Source of the DNA: Patescibacteria group bacterium
Lineage (GTDB): Bacteria > Patescibacteriota > Minisyncoccia > Phycocordibacterales > BOKC01
NCBI GenBank assembly: GCA_038062955.1
Contig: JBBTWE010000001.1
Location: forward strand, 320,038 to 384,037
DNA length: 64,000 nt
Reading direction: 5' to 3'
In this document: positions 55,155 to 64,000 of the stretch, piece after piece
How the letters are laid out: each line of letters opens with the position of its first letter
Numbering within the stretch: the first letter of the stretch is position 1
The notes under the pieces: generated by a model
The model's input: the letters and a program-made list of their open reading frames with translations, nothing else
Database searches by the model: none
Told to the model about the DNA's origin: nothing
Translations under genes and position numbers: made by a program

Positions 55155-56363
55155 TTATCTGCTTCCCCTTCCTGAATTTGAATCATCGTCGTCAGAATCA
55201 TCATCAGAGTCGCTGTCTTTATCATCGTCACTATCTTCATCTTTATCGTCATCTTCGTCCTTGTTTTCATCACCGTCTTCCGACTCTATTTTGAGAACTG
55301 TTCCAACTTGCTCCTTTGAAAGATTTGGAAACTTGGCAACAATTGCGGCAATAATTCCATCTCGAGTATTGGCAGAAGTGGAAAAGGTTGTTTTTTGATC
55401 ACCAATCTCCAATTCAACAATCGTCTTGTCTGGAAAAATTTTAGCTTCTGCTTCTGCTAGTACTTTTGAAACATCACCTATCTGTAGTTGATTACTATCA
55501 GCATCCAATTTTGTTTTGATTTCCAAAACTCCATTTTTCACTTCAACTTTGATGCGACCTTCTTCACTTCGAATTTCAATTTTTGATTTATCATCTTCAC
55601 TTTCTCCTTTTATTTCAACTTTATCGGAATCATCACTGTCACCATCTGATTTATCATCTTCAAATTTTATTTTGAACTTTTCATCACTTATCTCTATGCG
55701 GGCATTTGCAGGAAAATCTGCCACAAGAGCATTGAGCTTGGCGGTAATGTCATCAACCTGTGAGTTCTCTCCTTGTTGTTCTTTGAGTTTTGAAAGTAAA
55801 TCCAACACAGCTTCGATACCAGCGTTAATTTTTGCTTGTTCTTCTACTGAAAGATCGCGTTTTTTGCCGGAAACTGATTTGTCATCATCTCGGCCGGGTC
55901 GGTTTTCAAATTCAACATTTATAGTTTTTTCAATGAAGGGTCTTGTAAGAGATGGGTATTTAGCCATGAGAGATGTCACAACGTCATCTCTCTTTTTAGC
56001 TTCCATCGTTATTACGGTTTTCTGATCACTGTGCTCGATTTTTACAATTGTTTCATTAGTAAAGATGTCCGCTTCGATTTCACTTACGGTCGCATCTGAT
56101 ATTTCTGTTGAAGCAGGAGTGAGAGAGCTATCATCATCTGAATCACTGTCCTCCACTAAGTCTTCAATTTCTTTGACTCTTTCTTCGGCAAATTTAATGC
56201 GAAGTTCGTCCTTTTTATTATCATCGCCCGCGAATGCAATACGCGCATTTTCAACAGCTTGGTCTATTCCAAAAAGAGCGTCGCCGGGACGAGCGTTATC
56301 TGCTGTAGAAATAGTCCCTCCAACTCCTAATGCAAGAATAATTGCTATTATAATTCCAGTCAT
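55155..56363 (-). CDS. Membrane-anchored acidic repeat protein with a poly-Asp/Ser C-terminal tail and two internal repeats of about 45 aa
   Basis: An N-terminal TM segment is present. The repeats are IVKIEHSDQKTVITMEAKKRDDVVTSLMAKYPSLT and IVELEIGDQKTTFSTSANTRDGIIAAIVAKFPNLS. The tail is DDDKDEDSDDDKDSDSDDD. Confidence 0.55.
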   Translation of the reverse strand: MTGIIIAIILALGVGGTISTADNARPGDALFGIDQAVENARIAFAGDDNKKDELRIKFAEERVKEIEDLVEDSDSDDDSSLTPASTEISDATVSEIEADIFTNETIVKIEHSDQKTVITMEAKKRDDVVTSLMAKYPSLTRPFIEKTINVEFENRPGRDDDKSVSGKKRDLSVEEQAKINAGIEAVLDLLSKLKEQQGENSQVDDITAKLNALVADFPANARIEISDEKFKIKFEDDKSDGDSDDSDKVEIKGESEDDKSKIEIRSEEGRIKVEVKNGVLEIKTKLDADSNQLQIGDVSKVLAEAEAKIFPDKTIVELEIGDQKTTFSTSANTRDGIIAAIVAKFPNLSKEQVGTVLKIESEDGDENKDEDDDKDEDSDDDKDSDSDDDSDDDDSNSGRGSR

Positions 56364-56460
56364 AATTTTATTTTTTTAAATTTATAATGAATGCATTCTA
56401 AATGCACTCTAGCTTTTCATTATACTACTTTTTTTATATAAAAAACAGCCCGAGCAACAC

Positions 56461-57381
56461 TTAAGTGCTAGGGCTGGATGAAGCGAAGGAGTCTCGCCTA
56501 CTTGCTTGCATGCGTCTTTCCTTTCGAACGATTGAGGTTGGTTTCCATGGCGTACGAAGATGAATCGCACCGAAACTTACCGCCTGGGCACCCAAATCTC
56601 GAACCCGTTTCATGTCATCGAACTTCATGATGCTCGGGGCAATGACAGGGAGTAATCCTTGTTTGGCAAGAGCTTCGACGGCAGGCCAGTTGTGTTTCTG
56701 GGCAGGTTTGCCCGAGACACCACCACTTCCGTTACCAACCCGCTTTTCGAGTTTGTGGAGAGGAGTTACTTCGTGAGGAAATACTGTTTCCCACCTAACG
56801 CTGTTAAGCGCGATCGCTTCTGCGTATCTCTCGATCGCCTTTGTAATTTCAAGATAGGGTTGATCCACTGAGAGTTTGGCAAGCACAGGCAAGTGAGATT
56901 CTTCCCAGACCGCACGTACATCTTCGGCGGCAGACTGAATATCCTTCAGATGATCGCCACTGTTGGGACAAGAAAGGTTAACTTCAATCCCCACGATGTC
57001 AAATTCGGATCGTCGCAGAACCTTGGTCATCTCTTTTAGCTCTGCTCTCGTGCCAGAAATCGAGACGATGATCGGAATCTTCTTCCGATTAACTTTTGGA
57101 CCGATCTTGCGACACCACCAGTCAAATCCTGGATTGGTCAGACCAACTTTGTTCACAGCGCCACCAGGGATAAGACGAACGCAGTCCCAAGGTTTCCACA
57201 TTCGCAGGTTACCCGGCCTATGATTGAGGGTTAGGGTCTTGGTAACGACCGTGAAGAGTTCAGGTCGCAAGAGACCGAGCCACACAAGTGGCTTTTCCCA
57301 CCACCATCCCCGCCCATCGAAGCCGAGCGCGCCACTTGCCACCATGTATTCGAAAGAGTGGCCATTTGAGAGAGTGATCAT
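56461..57381 (-). CDS. Dihydroorotate dehydrogenase-like TIM-barrel protein (class-1-like, catalytic Cys retained). It is GC-rich.
   Basis: MVASGALGF, FTVVTKTLTLNHRPGN, VNKVGLTNPG, IEVNLSCPNS and GNGSGGVSGKP parallel the class-1 DHOD motifs. Confidence 0.6.
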   Translation of the reverse strand: MITLSNGHSFEYMVASGALGFDGRGWWWEKPLVWLGLLRPELFTVVTKTLTLNHRPGNLRMWKPWDCVRLIPGGAVNKVGLTNPGFDWWCRKIGPKVNRKKIPIIVSISGTRAELKEMTKVLRRSEFDIVGIEVNLSCPNSGDHLKDIQSAAEDVRAVWEESHLPVLAKLSVDQPYLEITKAIERYAEAIALNSVRWETVFPHEVTPLHKLEKRVGNGSGGVSGKPAQKHNWPAVEALAKQGLLPVIAPSIMKFDDMKRVRDLGAQAVSFGAIHLRTPWKPTSIVRKERRMQASRRDSFASSSPST

Positions 57382-57533
57382 AAGAGACTCCTTTTTGTTG
57401 GTTAGTTTAAATGAACAGTTCTGGCGAAAGATTAGCCGAAAAACACTCTGAAATCAAACCTATTTTTATCCTTGCTTAAATTACCACCAAGGAGTATAAA
57501 AAGACTGGCAACAATGCTCTTTAAAAAGGAAAC

Positions 57534-57797
57534 TTGAATATGACGGAACAAAGTCCGAGTTGGGACGACCGTACGAACATTGAGTTGGTTGAGGGTGAAA
57601 TCTTTCCCGGCTTCCCGTTTAATGAGGGTGGCCCACGCAATCTGGGAACTTCATGTGAATTGATTCTCCTCGACGGTGGCAGAGTAATTGCTCGTCATCG
57701 AGCAGGACAATGGACCACTCAAAGCGGAAGAATCGTCTCCGTAGACGTAGTTGCCGCTTGGAAGACCGTCGACACCGAACATTTCAGAGGGGCCTAA
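57534..57797 (+). CDS. Hypothetical GC-rich islet protein (87 aa)
   Basis: The promoter is TTGCTT-17-TATAAA at 57468..57496. The SD is aaaaggaaa. The terminator is gaccc..gggtc plus T8 at 57822..57880. Confidence 0.45.
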   Translation: MNMTEQSPSWDDRTNIELVEGEIFPGFPFNEGGPRNLGTSCELILLDGGRVIARHRAGQWTTQSGRIVSVDVVAAWKTVDTEHFRGA

Positions 57798-57963
57798 TCA
57801 TGTTTGTTCTTCACCCCATATCACGACCCTTAGCTTGCTCGTCGCAACTTTGGGTCTTTTTTTTGTTTACAGGTCTAATTTTTTTAGAAAAACTTCATTC
57901 TCACATACTTGAGAATGTGAGAATGATATTTAGGCAAAGATTAAATTTAATACGGAGAAAAAA

Positions 57964-58509
57964 TTAGACTTCTTTATACATCGAAACTTCGTCAATATAT
58001 TCTCCTTTGTAGAAAATAGCTTTTGGTAAAATTCCCCATTCTTTAAATCCAACTTTTTTGTACAAATTTATTGCGTTTGGATTATTAGCGAAGACTTCGA
58101 GCTTGATAATTTTAAGATTAGGAATAGATTTTTTAGCTTCGCTTATCACATTTTCTATAAATATTTTACCCACACCTTCTCCCCTCGATTCTTTTGCAAC
58201 CGAAATCCCCAGTCCACCCACATGTGAAAGGACTCTATTTTTCATATCTACAGAAGACATACCAGTGAACTTACCATTGCAGAGAGCAACCAAAGTAACT
58301 CCCATCTTTTTTGACATCACTTCTAGGCAGGATTTTACAAACTTTTCTTCATCTTCCAGTTTTAATTGTTCGCCCTGAAAAGTTATAAATGTCTGCTCTT
58401 GAGATAAAGTATTTATGTAATCCAATGCCGCTTGTGCATCATTCGCTTCAATATATCTGATTACCAAGTCATTTCCCTTTTTTGTTTTGCCTTCAAATAC
58501 GATTTTCAT
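57964..58509 (-). CDS. GNAT-family N-acetyltransferase
   Basis: The acetyl-CoA binding motif RGEGVGKIFIENVISEAKK and FANNPNAINLYKKVGF are present. Confidence 0.8.
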   Translation of the reverse strand: MKIVFEGKTKKGNDLVIRYIEANDAQAALDYINTLSQEQTFITFQGEQLKLEDEEKFVKSCLEVMSKKMGVTLVALCNGKFTGMSSVDMKNRVLSHVGGLGISVAKESRGEGVGKIFIENVISEAKKSIPNLKIIKLEVFANNPNAINLYKKVGFKEWGILPKAIFYKGEYIDEVSMYKEV

Positions 58510-58573
58510 AATTATAATCTTACCTTATCTATATATAGTATGTTAACATTGCTGTCAGATTTCCTAAACCAAA

Positions 58574-58759
58574 CGAGGAAAAAGTGAAACAAGAAAAGCC
58601 AGTGGAAAGAACTCCCGAGCAACAAGAAGCGGAAAAAGCTTTTCGCAAAGCTGGGTACTCACAGGAAGACCCGGTTTGCGATCACTCGGGGTACGAGTTC
58701 AAAAAGCACGGCCGTTGTTGTCCCACATGCTCTACGTTCATGATGAGTTTTGGCGACTA
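58574..58759 (+). CDS. Small Cys-rich (zinc-ribbon-like) GC-rich islet protein, 61 aa from a GTG start
   Basis: The SD is aggaaaaa-GTG. The Cys pattern is C..(17)..CC..C. The terminator is ccgccacgcaataagatgctggcgg plus T6 at 58773..58815. Confidence 0.4.
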
Positions 58760-58836
58760 AAACCGAACCCATCTCGCTCACCCGCCACGCAATAAGATGC
58801 TGGCGGTTTTTTATACCCAAGTAAGTTGACAGAATA

Positions 58837-59346
58837 ATGGATAAGTATTATTGTCATCTCCAGATAGTTCCCAAAAAACCCTACGTAAGGCAAGTTATGG
58901 TCGCGTCCAGAATCATCGTCACGTCAAAGTCTGGTCTGCAAGTTTTCAGTGCGATATTCCACACACCTGTTGCTCCAGAAGAATTTCATATGGATCCGAC
59001 GGAGTTCTACTTAGAGTGGGGGAAATCAATCCCAGCGATTCCTCATCACGAGATCGAGATAACAAGTCCAGAAGACAACTTCCTCCGACAACACGGACTT
59101 CATATCCATGCGTCGAGAAAGACGGGCAAACCTTTTATCTGCTATCCAAAGAGGATGGAGACAACGAGTGAGGCTCTGCGTGTTTTCCGTACGTGGTGTC
59201 TCGGGTCGGTAGCCACGATTGTGGAAGAGATCGATCTCAACACAATCCATTCGCAAGAATGTGGTGGGGATGCAGAAAAGATGGAAAGAGTGTTGCACGA
59301 ACGATACGGAATCTTCGTGGCGACTCAAGTTGTGTCAGTGCAGTAA
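58837..59346 (+). CDS. Hypothetical GC-rich islet protein. The likely start is the ATG at about 58887, since the promoter -10 overlaps the first ATG.
   Basis: The promoter is TTGACA-17-TATTGT. The terminator is gcccgg..ccgggc plus T5 at 59360..59400. Confidence 0.45.
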   Translation: MDKYYCHLQIVPKKPYVRQVMVASRIIVTSKSGLQVFSAIFHTPVAPEEFHMDPTEFYLEWGKSIPAIPHHEIEITSPEDNFLRQHGLHIHASRKTGKPFICYPKRMETTSEALRVFRTWCLGSVATIVEEIDLNTIHSQECGGDAEKMERVLHERYGIFVATQVVSVQ

Positions 59347-59463
59347 TCTAGCAGAACTTTCGCCACGAGCCCGGTTTCACTACCCGGGCTTTTTATATAA
59401 AAACTTTCCAACTCCACTATCGAAAGATATAATAGGACTTGATCAATTAATTTAATACGAACA

Positions 59464-59874
59464 ATGAGAAAAATTACTAGAGAACAAGCGGTGAATTTTA
59501 CACTTTTATTACTTCGGATTGCGGCGGCAGTTATTTTTATTCAAGCGGGAGGCCTAAAACTATTTGGTTGGTTTGGCGGAATGCCAGCTGAAGTTCCAAT
59601 GAACACCCTAATATATATCGCTGGAATTCTAGAAGTTTTCGGGGGCTTGATGATTCTTTTTGGAATCTTTACTCGATCAGTTGCCTTTATACTTTCTGGT
59701 GAAATGGCAGTCGCATATTTTATGGGTCACTTCCCTAGCGGTTTCTGGCCAATTCAGAATCACGGTGAAGCCGCATTTCTTCTCTGTTTTATCTTCCTAT
59801 TTATAGCATCTTATGGCGCTGGCAGATGGAGTTTGGATTCTTGGAAGACAAACAGAAAACTAAAAACTTTATAG
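59464..59874 (+). CDS. DoxX-family membrane protein
   Basis: Four TM helices are present. The LLLRIAAAVIFIQAGGLKLFGWFGG N-terminus matches the DoxX pattern. Confidence 0.75.
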   Translation: MRKITREQAVNFTLLLLRIAAAVIFIQAGGLKLFGWFGGMPAEVPMNTLIYIAGILEVFGGLMILFGIFTRSVAFILSGEMAVAYFMGHFPSGFWPIQNHGEAAFLLCFIFLFIASYGAGRWSLDSWKTNRKLKTL

Positions 59875-59995
59875 CCTGCAGAAATAGGAAAAACTCCGGC
59901 ATACGCTGGAGTTTTTTCTTGTTGACTTCATTAGTGCGGAGTAGTATCTTCGTATTAGAAACAGTTCCACTTCCTCAAACAAGCAGAGAAAAAAG

Positions 59996-60358
59996 ATGGC
60001 ACGAGATGTCGAGGTGTTGAGCCCCAAGGCTCTTGCGATTTTCGAGAAGCTTCAGCCGTACTTCCCTCCCGATCCTTGGAAAAACCCCCAATGGACACCA
60101 GAAGGTATCGTCACAAACAACGGCCAGTACGATTTGCGGAAAAACGCTGACCGCAAACGTCTGGAAGCATGGGAGAAGTCCATGATCGGTTATTTGGTGG
60201 AAATTCAGGCGAGCATGTACAGAGACAAACACTCTGGATCACTTGACGGTTTCACCAACGTAACGTTCCCAAGAACAATCCAACGCCATGCCGAGATACT
60301 CCTCATTGTGACAGACCTCGATTTCCAGATCGAGACCGGAGATATCGTTGGAGACTGA
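59996..60358 (+). CDS. Hypothetical GC-rich islet protein (120 aa)
   Basis: The promoter is TTGACT-17-TATCTT at 59923..59951. The terminator is acacaacacg..cgtgttgt plus T7 at 60380..60412. Confidence 0.45.
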   Translation: MARDVEVLSPKALAIFEKLQPYFPPDPWKNPQWTPEGIVTNNGQYDLRKNADRKRLEAWEKSMIGYLVEIQASMYRDKHSGSLDGFTNVTFPRTIQRHAEILLIVTDLDFQIETGDIVGD

Positions 60359-60406
60359 ACAGAGCATGATCCAACGCACACAACACGATACCCTCGTGTT
60401 GTTTTT

Positions 60407-60976
60407 TTATTTAGAATTAAATTCTTTTATCTCTTTTAAAGCCTCTGGGAGTTCGGTAAATCCATCATCTTTTGTGAAGTGTCCGGCATTATGCAAAACA
60501 ACAATTTTTGAACCTAATTCAGAAAATTTCTTTTTATTTTCTTCAAAAGCGCCATACGGATCGTTGTCTGAAATTATCAGTGTAGATTTTGGAAGCACTT
60601 TTTTGACTTTGATTAAATCTATCGAAGATTCGATCCAGGGCTTTGCTATATTTTTTGTGTCCGTGTCTTCGAGATTTTCTAGGTTAAACCAACCAGCAAC
60701 AAATATTGCCCCAGCCACAGGAATCTTGATTGTTTCCAGATAACGAAGAATTGTTTGACATCCGATACTGTGACCAATAAAAAATGTGTCAGAATCGGGC
60801 ATACCGACAACCTCCTGAAGCTTCCCTACCCACTTTTGAATTTCGGGGGCATCACTATCTGGCATTTCAGGAACCAAAACTTCGAATCCTATTTTTTCCA
60901 ACTCTAGTTTAAGCCACGGACGCCAATCGTCTTTTGATCCTCCCGCCCAACGATGAACTATAATTATTCTTTTCAT
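60407..60976 (-). CDS. Alpha/beta-hydrolase, YdeN/RBBP9-like serine hydrolase
   Basis: IVHRWAGGS, the GHSIGC nucleophile elbow (GxSxG) and the C-terminal NAGHF are present. Confidence 0.7.
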   Translation of the reverse strand: MKRIIIVHRWAGGSKDDWRPWLKLELEKIGFEVLVPEMPDSDAPEIQKWVGKLQEVVGMPDSDTFFIGHSIGCQTILRYLETIKIPVAGAIFVAGWFNLENLEDTDTKNIAKPWIESSIDLIKVKKVLPKSTLIISDNDPYGAFEENKKKFSELGSKIVVLHNAGHFTKDDGFTELPEALKEIKEFNSK

Positions 60977-61261
60977 GTTTGTTTAGCTGTATTTTACAAC
61001 TTTTGGCGTAAAAAGTCATAATTCAAGCCAACAAAGTTAGAAATTTGATCTAAATTAAAAAATCTTAAATCTTAAATCCTATATCTTAAATCTCATTTGG
61101 GGGTTGACTTTTATGTGGATATAGATTAAGCTTGTAGCACAAAAGTTAATCGTCTCAAGTAAAGTCGATTTAGAGCATTATATTTTTGTACTTATTAGGT
61201 TAAGCACAGGTTTTCCAAAAATCGCATTATATGCGACCAAGGAAGGCCTAAAAGCAATTTC

Positions 61262-61462
61262 ATGACAGGAACAATAAAGAAACTCATGACCGAAAAAGGT
61301 TTTGGTTTCATTACTCCAGAAAATGCTGGAAAAGATGTATTCTTTCACAGCAATTCTTTGGTTGGCGTTCAGTTTGACGAACTACGTGAGGGTGACTCCG
61401 TAAGCTTCGATACAGAAGAGTCTCCAAAAGGACTCAATGCTGTAAACGTTCAAAAAGCATAA
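61262..61462 (+). CDS. cspA: Cold-shock protein (CspA family)
   Basis: KGFGFI (RNP1) and VFFH (RNP2) are present. Length is 66 aa. The terminator is ccgcctttaccggcgg plus T6 at 61486..61515. Confidence 0.93.
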   Translation: MTGTIKKLMTEKGFGFITPENAGKDVFFHSNSLVGVQFDELREGDSVSFDTEESPKGLNAVNVQKA

Positions 61463-61576
61463 TTCCCTTTCTGGAATTAAAACAAAAAACCGCCTTTACC
61501 GGCGGTTTTTTGTTTGGTATTTCATAATCAAGAAATTTCATATATACTTCATTCACAACATTAAACAATCCAAATT

Positions 61577-62473
61577 ATGCCTCAAATCAATTTCAAAGAT
61601 AGTCGCTTCGTGTCATGGACACTAGGAATAGCTCTTGTGCTTTTTATTTTTGGATTTATTTTTACACTGGTGAGTTTCACGAAATTTAAAAACAGCACCA
61701 AAATTGCAATTGAAGGATACGAAAGTAAAATAAAAGGACTCGAAGCAACACTTACAGAAACTACTATCGAGAAAACAGCTTTGGCCGAGCAATTAGATGC
61801 CGAACAAAGAAAGAACGCGGATTTCGAAGAACAAATAAGCGAAATCGAAGGAACTATTGGAGACCTTGAAAAGTTAAGCAAAACAGACCCAGAACTTTTG
61901 AATAAATATTCCAAAGTATATTTTTTAAATGAAAATTATATTCCGAGTGGCATAGTTCAAATACCTTCCGCTTACACCCAGAATGACAGCAAAGATTATT
62001 GGCTTCATAAGCAAATCTGGCCGTTTCTAGAGAAAATGATAAAGGCGGCAAAGGCAGACAGAATTGATCTCGAGATTATTTCCGGATACCGCTCTTTCGA
62101 TGAACAAGTGGAAGTAAAATCTGGCCATGTTGTCGTCTATGGCGCCGGCACTGCAAATCAATTCTCCGCAGAACAGGGATATTCAGAACACCAACTCGGC
62201 ACAACGGTTGATTTGACTACCAAAGAACTCGGGATAAACTACGAACAAATTGAAACTACAAAGGCCTACGAGTGGTTACAGAAGAACGCTTACAAGTACG
62301 GATTCATTCTCTCCTATCCAGAGGGCAACACTTACTACCAATTCGAGCCATGGCACTGGCGCTTCGTTGGAATTAAATTGGCTAAAGATTTAAACGATGA
62401 TGGAAAGTATTTCTACGATTTGAGTCAGAGAGAGATTGATGCATACCTCATAAACTTCTTCGACAAACGATAG
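61577..62473 (+). CDS. Membrane-anchored D-Ala-D-Ala carboxypeptidase (VanY / peptidase M15B family)
   Basis: SGYRSFDEQ, HQLGTTVDL and EPWHWRF are the zinc-ligand motifs of M15B. Confidence 0.8.
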   Translation: MPQINFKDSRFVSWTLGIALVLFIFGFIFTLVSFTKFKNSTKIAIEGYESKIKGLEATLTETTIEKTALAEQLDAEQRKNADFEEQISEIEGTIGDLEKLSKTDPELLNKYSKVYFLNENYIPSGIVQIPSAYTQNDSKDYWLHKQIWPFLEKMIKAAKADRIDLEIISGYRSFDEQVEVKSGHVVVYGAGTANQFSAEQGYSEHQLGTTVDLTTKELGINYEQIETTKAYEWLQKNAYKYGFILSYPEGNTYYQFEPWHWRFVGIKLAKDLNDDGKYFYDLSQREIDAYLINFFDKR

Positions 62474-62658
62474 TCGCCGAGAAATTTTGGAGAATTTCTT
62501 TGTTGTAACAATTTTTTTCTCCTGCACAGTATTAGTTATACAGCTTAGTACGAAAAAAATCGTTACGCCTCGAACTTCTCTCAAAATATCTCAGCTTGTA
62601 AATTCTCGAGAAAATTTTGTGTAAAAAGAAAGGGCGACCATGGCTGTTGCCTTGGTCG

Positions 62659-63255
62659 CCCGTCTACAGGTGTCGACGCCTAACCCGTCGACCCCTCGTT
62701 GTTTGTTCTCACTGATTCGTGAATCACTCTCGTGAGTCTGATGGAGATCTCCAATCCCAATCACCCGGACCGAAATGAAAATCCCACTTCTGTTCCTTCT
62801 GATTCCACCGCAGTTTTGGTAGCCGCTTACCATTCACCATCGTTGATACTTGTCCTGGGAACGCGATTGTTCCTGGTATGGACAGATCAGGCTGTTCCTC
62901 CATCAGTTTGAGCATTTCTGCAGACCCAGCCGAACGACAACGCCACAACTTCATCAGCAACCTGTACCGCCTCATCGTCATGGGGACAGGAAGGCAGAAA
63001 CAGAGGAGCGCGCCGAGCTTCGTGGGACGATAGGCCTTCTGCCGCAACACCTTGCCGAGGAGATACGCCTTGAGCACCCAAAGCACATCGAGGACGAATC
63101 CGCGCACGGCACTGACACGATCACCGAACGAAAGGTTCTTGTTCTTCACGGTCTGTTCTCCTATCGAGGTTGAATTTCTGTTTTTGTGACTTAGCGAAAT
63201 TGCTTTGCCACAGCAGGAGACGGGTCGACGGGTTGGGCGTCGACACCTGTAGACG
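62659..63255. mobile_element. MITE/IS-like GC-rich element of about 600 bp, bounded by 35-bp near-perfect terminal inverted repeats (ccgtctacaggtgtcgacgcc[t/c]aacccgtcgaccc). It contains one GTG-start ORF.
   Basis: The TIRs are at 62659..62693 and 63221..63255 (34 of 35 positions match). The same GTCGAC-N9-GTCGAC motif occurs in the modular repeat copies A and B. Hairpins flank each TIR. Confidence 0.6.
62724..63149 (-). CDS. Hypothetical protein inside the TIR-bounded element (GTG start with a taggaga SD)
   Basis: ORF track plus the SD. The protein is Arg/Trp-rich. Coding status is uncertain. Confidence 0.3.
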   Translation of the reverse strand: MKNKNLSFGDRVSAVRGFVLDVLWVLKAYLLGKVLRQKAYRPTKLGALLCFCLPVPMTMRRYRLLMKLWRCRSAGSAEMLKLMEEQPDLSIPGTIAFPGQVSTMVNGKRLPKLRWNQKEQKWDFHFGPGDWDWRSPSDSRE

Positions 63256-63466
63256 GCCCTCCTCCTGCTGTGGCAAAAACGTTGTAAATCAGTGAGTTTT
63301 TAATGAACAATTTTCTGTGTCCAGTATACACCCATTCGTGTATTTTGTCAAGCACAAATTGTATATAACAAATAGACGGCTAGGAACAAGGGTGTTTTAA
63401 TACATAGGCCGAGCCTATGTATGATGATTTTATTCTTGAATCGTGAATCATAAATCTTGAATCTGA

Positions 63467-63961
63467 CTATTGCGTTTTTCTGCAATAGTCATGCATCACA
63501 ATCCCCGCGGCGACGGCGACGTTTAGAGAGCGGACGGAGCCGAGTTGGGTGATTTCCACAGTGTGATGACATCTTTTTAGAACTTCTTCGGGTATTCCAC
63601 TAGCTTCCTGACCAAACACTAGAAGAGTTTTTTTATTTTTGTCCCATTTGAAATCCTGAAGTGGAATTGCCTCTTTATTATTTTCAAGCGCAACCGCCAC
63701 ATCATATTCAGAAAAAATCACGTCCAAATCATCAACGTATTTAATATGGCGAAAATGAGAATAGAATTCGGTACCCACAGACGCTCGCCTATCAAACTTC
63801 TTATGACCGTAGAGAATAATTTCTTTAGCGCCGAAAGCATTGGCCGATCTCACAATATTGCCCGCATTGTTGTCGTATAAAATATTAACAAGCAAGATTC
63901 CGTAATTGAGTTTCTTTTCGTTCAAATATTTAATTGTTTCTTCATCGGTTAACCATTTCAA
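63467..63961 (-). CDS. SpoU/TrmH-family (SPOUT) RNA 2'-O-methyltransferase, TrmL-sized
   Basis: LLVFGQEASGIPEEVL and SLNVAVAAGIV are the SPOUT motifs. Length is 164 aa. Confidence 0.8.
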   Translation of the reverse strand: MKWLTDEETIKYLNEKKLNYGILLVNILYDNNAGNIVRSANAFGAKEIILYGHKKFDRRASVGTEFYSHFRHIKYVDDLDVIFSEYDVAVALENNKEAIPLQDFKWDKNKKTLLVFGQEASGIPEEVLKRCHHTVEITQLGSVRSLNVAVAAGIVMHDYCRKTQ

Positions 63962-64000
63962 ATAGTCCGGCCGGTTTTTTGGCTGGTTGGGGTCGTAGGA

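Overview
This is a 64-kb window from an AT-rich bacterial genome (about 35% GC by eye; it looks like a small-genome CPR/Patescibacteria-type organism, which is an inference). The backbone consists of housekeeping operons, mostly on the minus strand: sod-ahpC, pyk, Pif1-like and UvrD-like helicases, greA, a long frr-rseP-proS-mreBCD-mrdA operon, a complete F1Fo ATP synthase operon (atpZ/I-B-E-F-H-A-G-D-C), holB, a second MreB paralog, an HTH-MurA fusion, a PriA-like gene with degenerate ATPase motifs, def-fmt, hpf, pyrD, gnd, cspA and a VanY-type peptidase. The accessory content includes: (i) an Eco57I-like Type IIG restriction-modification system (995-aa R-M fusion plus 534-aa methyltransferase) with an upstream excisionase-type HTH gene, an adjacent two-gene AlbA_2/Schlafen-like pair and a truncated serine recombinase; (ii) a tRNA-Asn(GUU) gene split by a group I intron that carries an HNH endonuclease; (iii) a 1.7-kb insertion at the 3' end of gnd, flanked by a 162-bp direct duplication of the gnd tail; and (iv) at least 15 GC-rich (about 50-55%) self-contained mini-cassettes, each with a near-consensus sigma70 promoter, a strong SD, a small ORFan ORF and an intrinsic terminator. 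Three of these cassettes share one architecture and each abuts a conserved hairpin with a 22-bp stem. Several other short structured repeat families are also present: intercistronic hairpin elements in the atp and mre operons, 125-bp MITE-like elements, a modular GC-rich GTCGAC-containing element, a CTGCCGGCAG palindrome family, and 9-10-bp ATTTAAGAT tandem tracts. No CRISPR array and no rRNA gene were seen.
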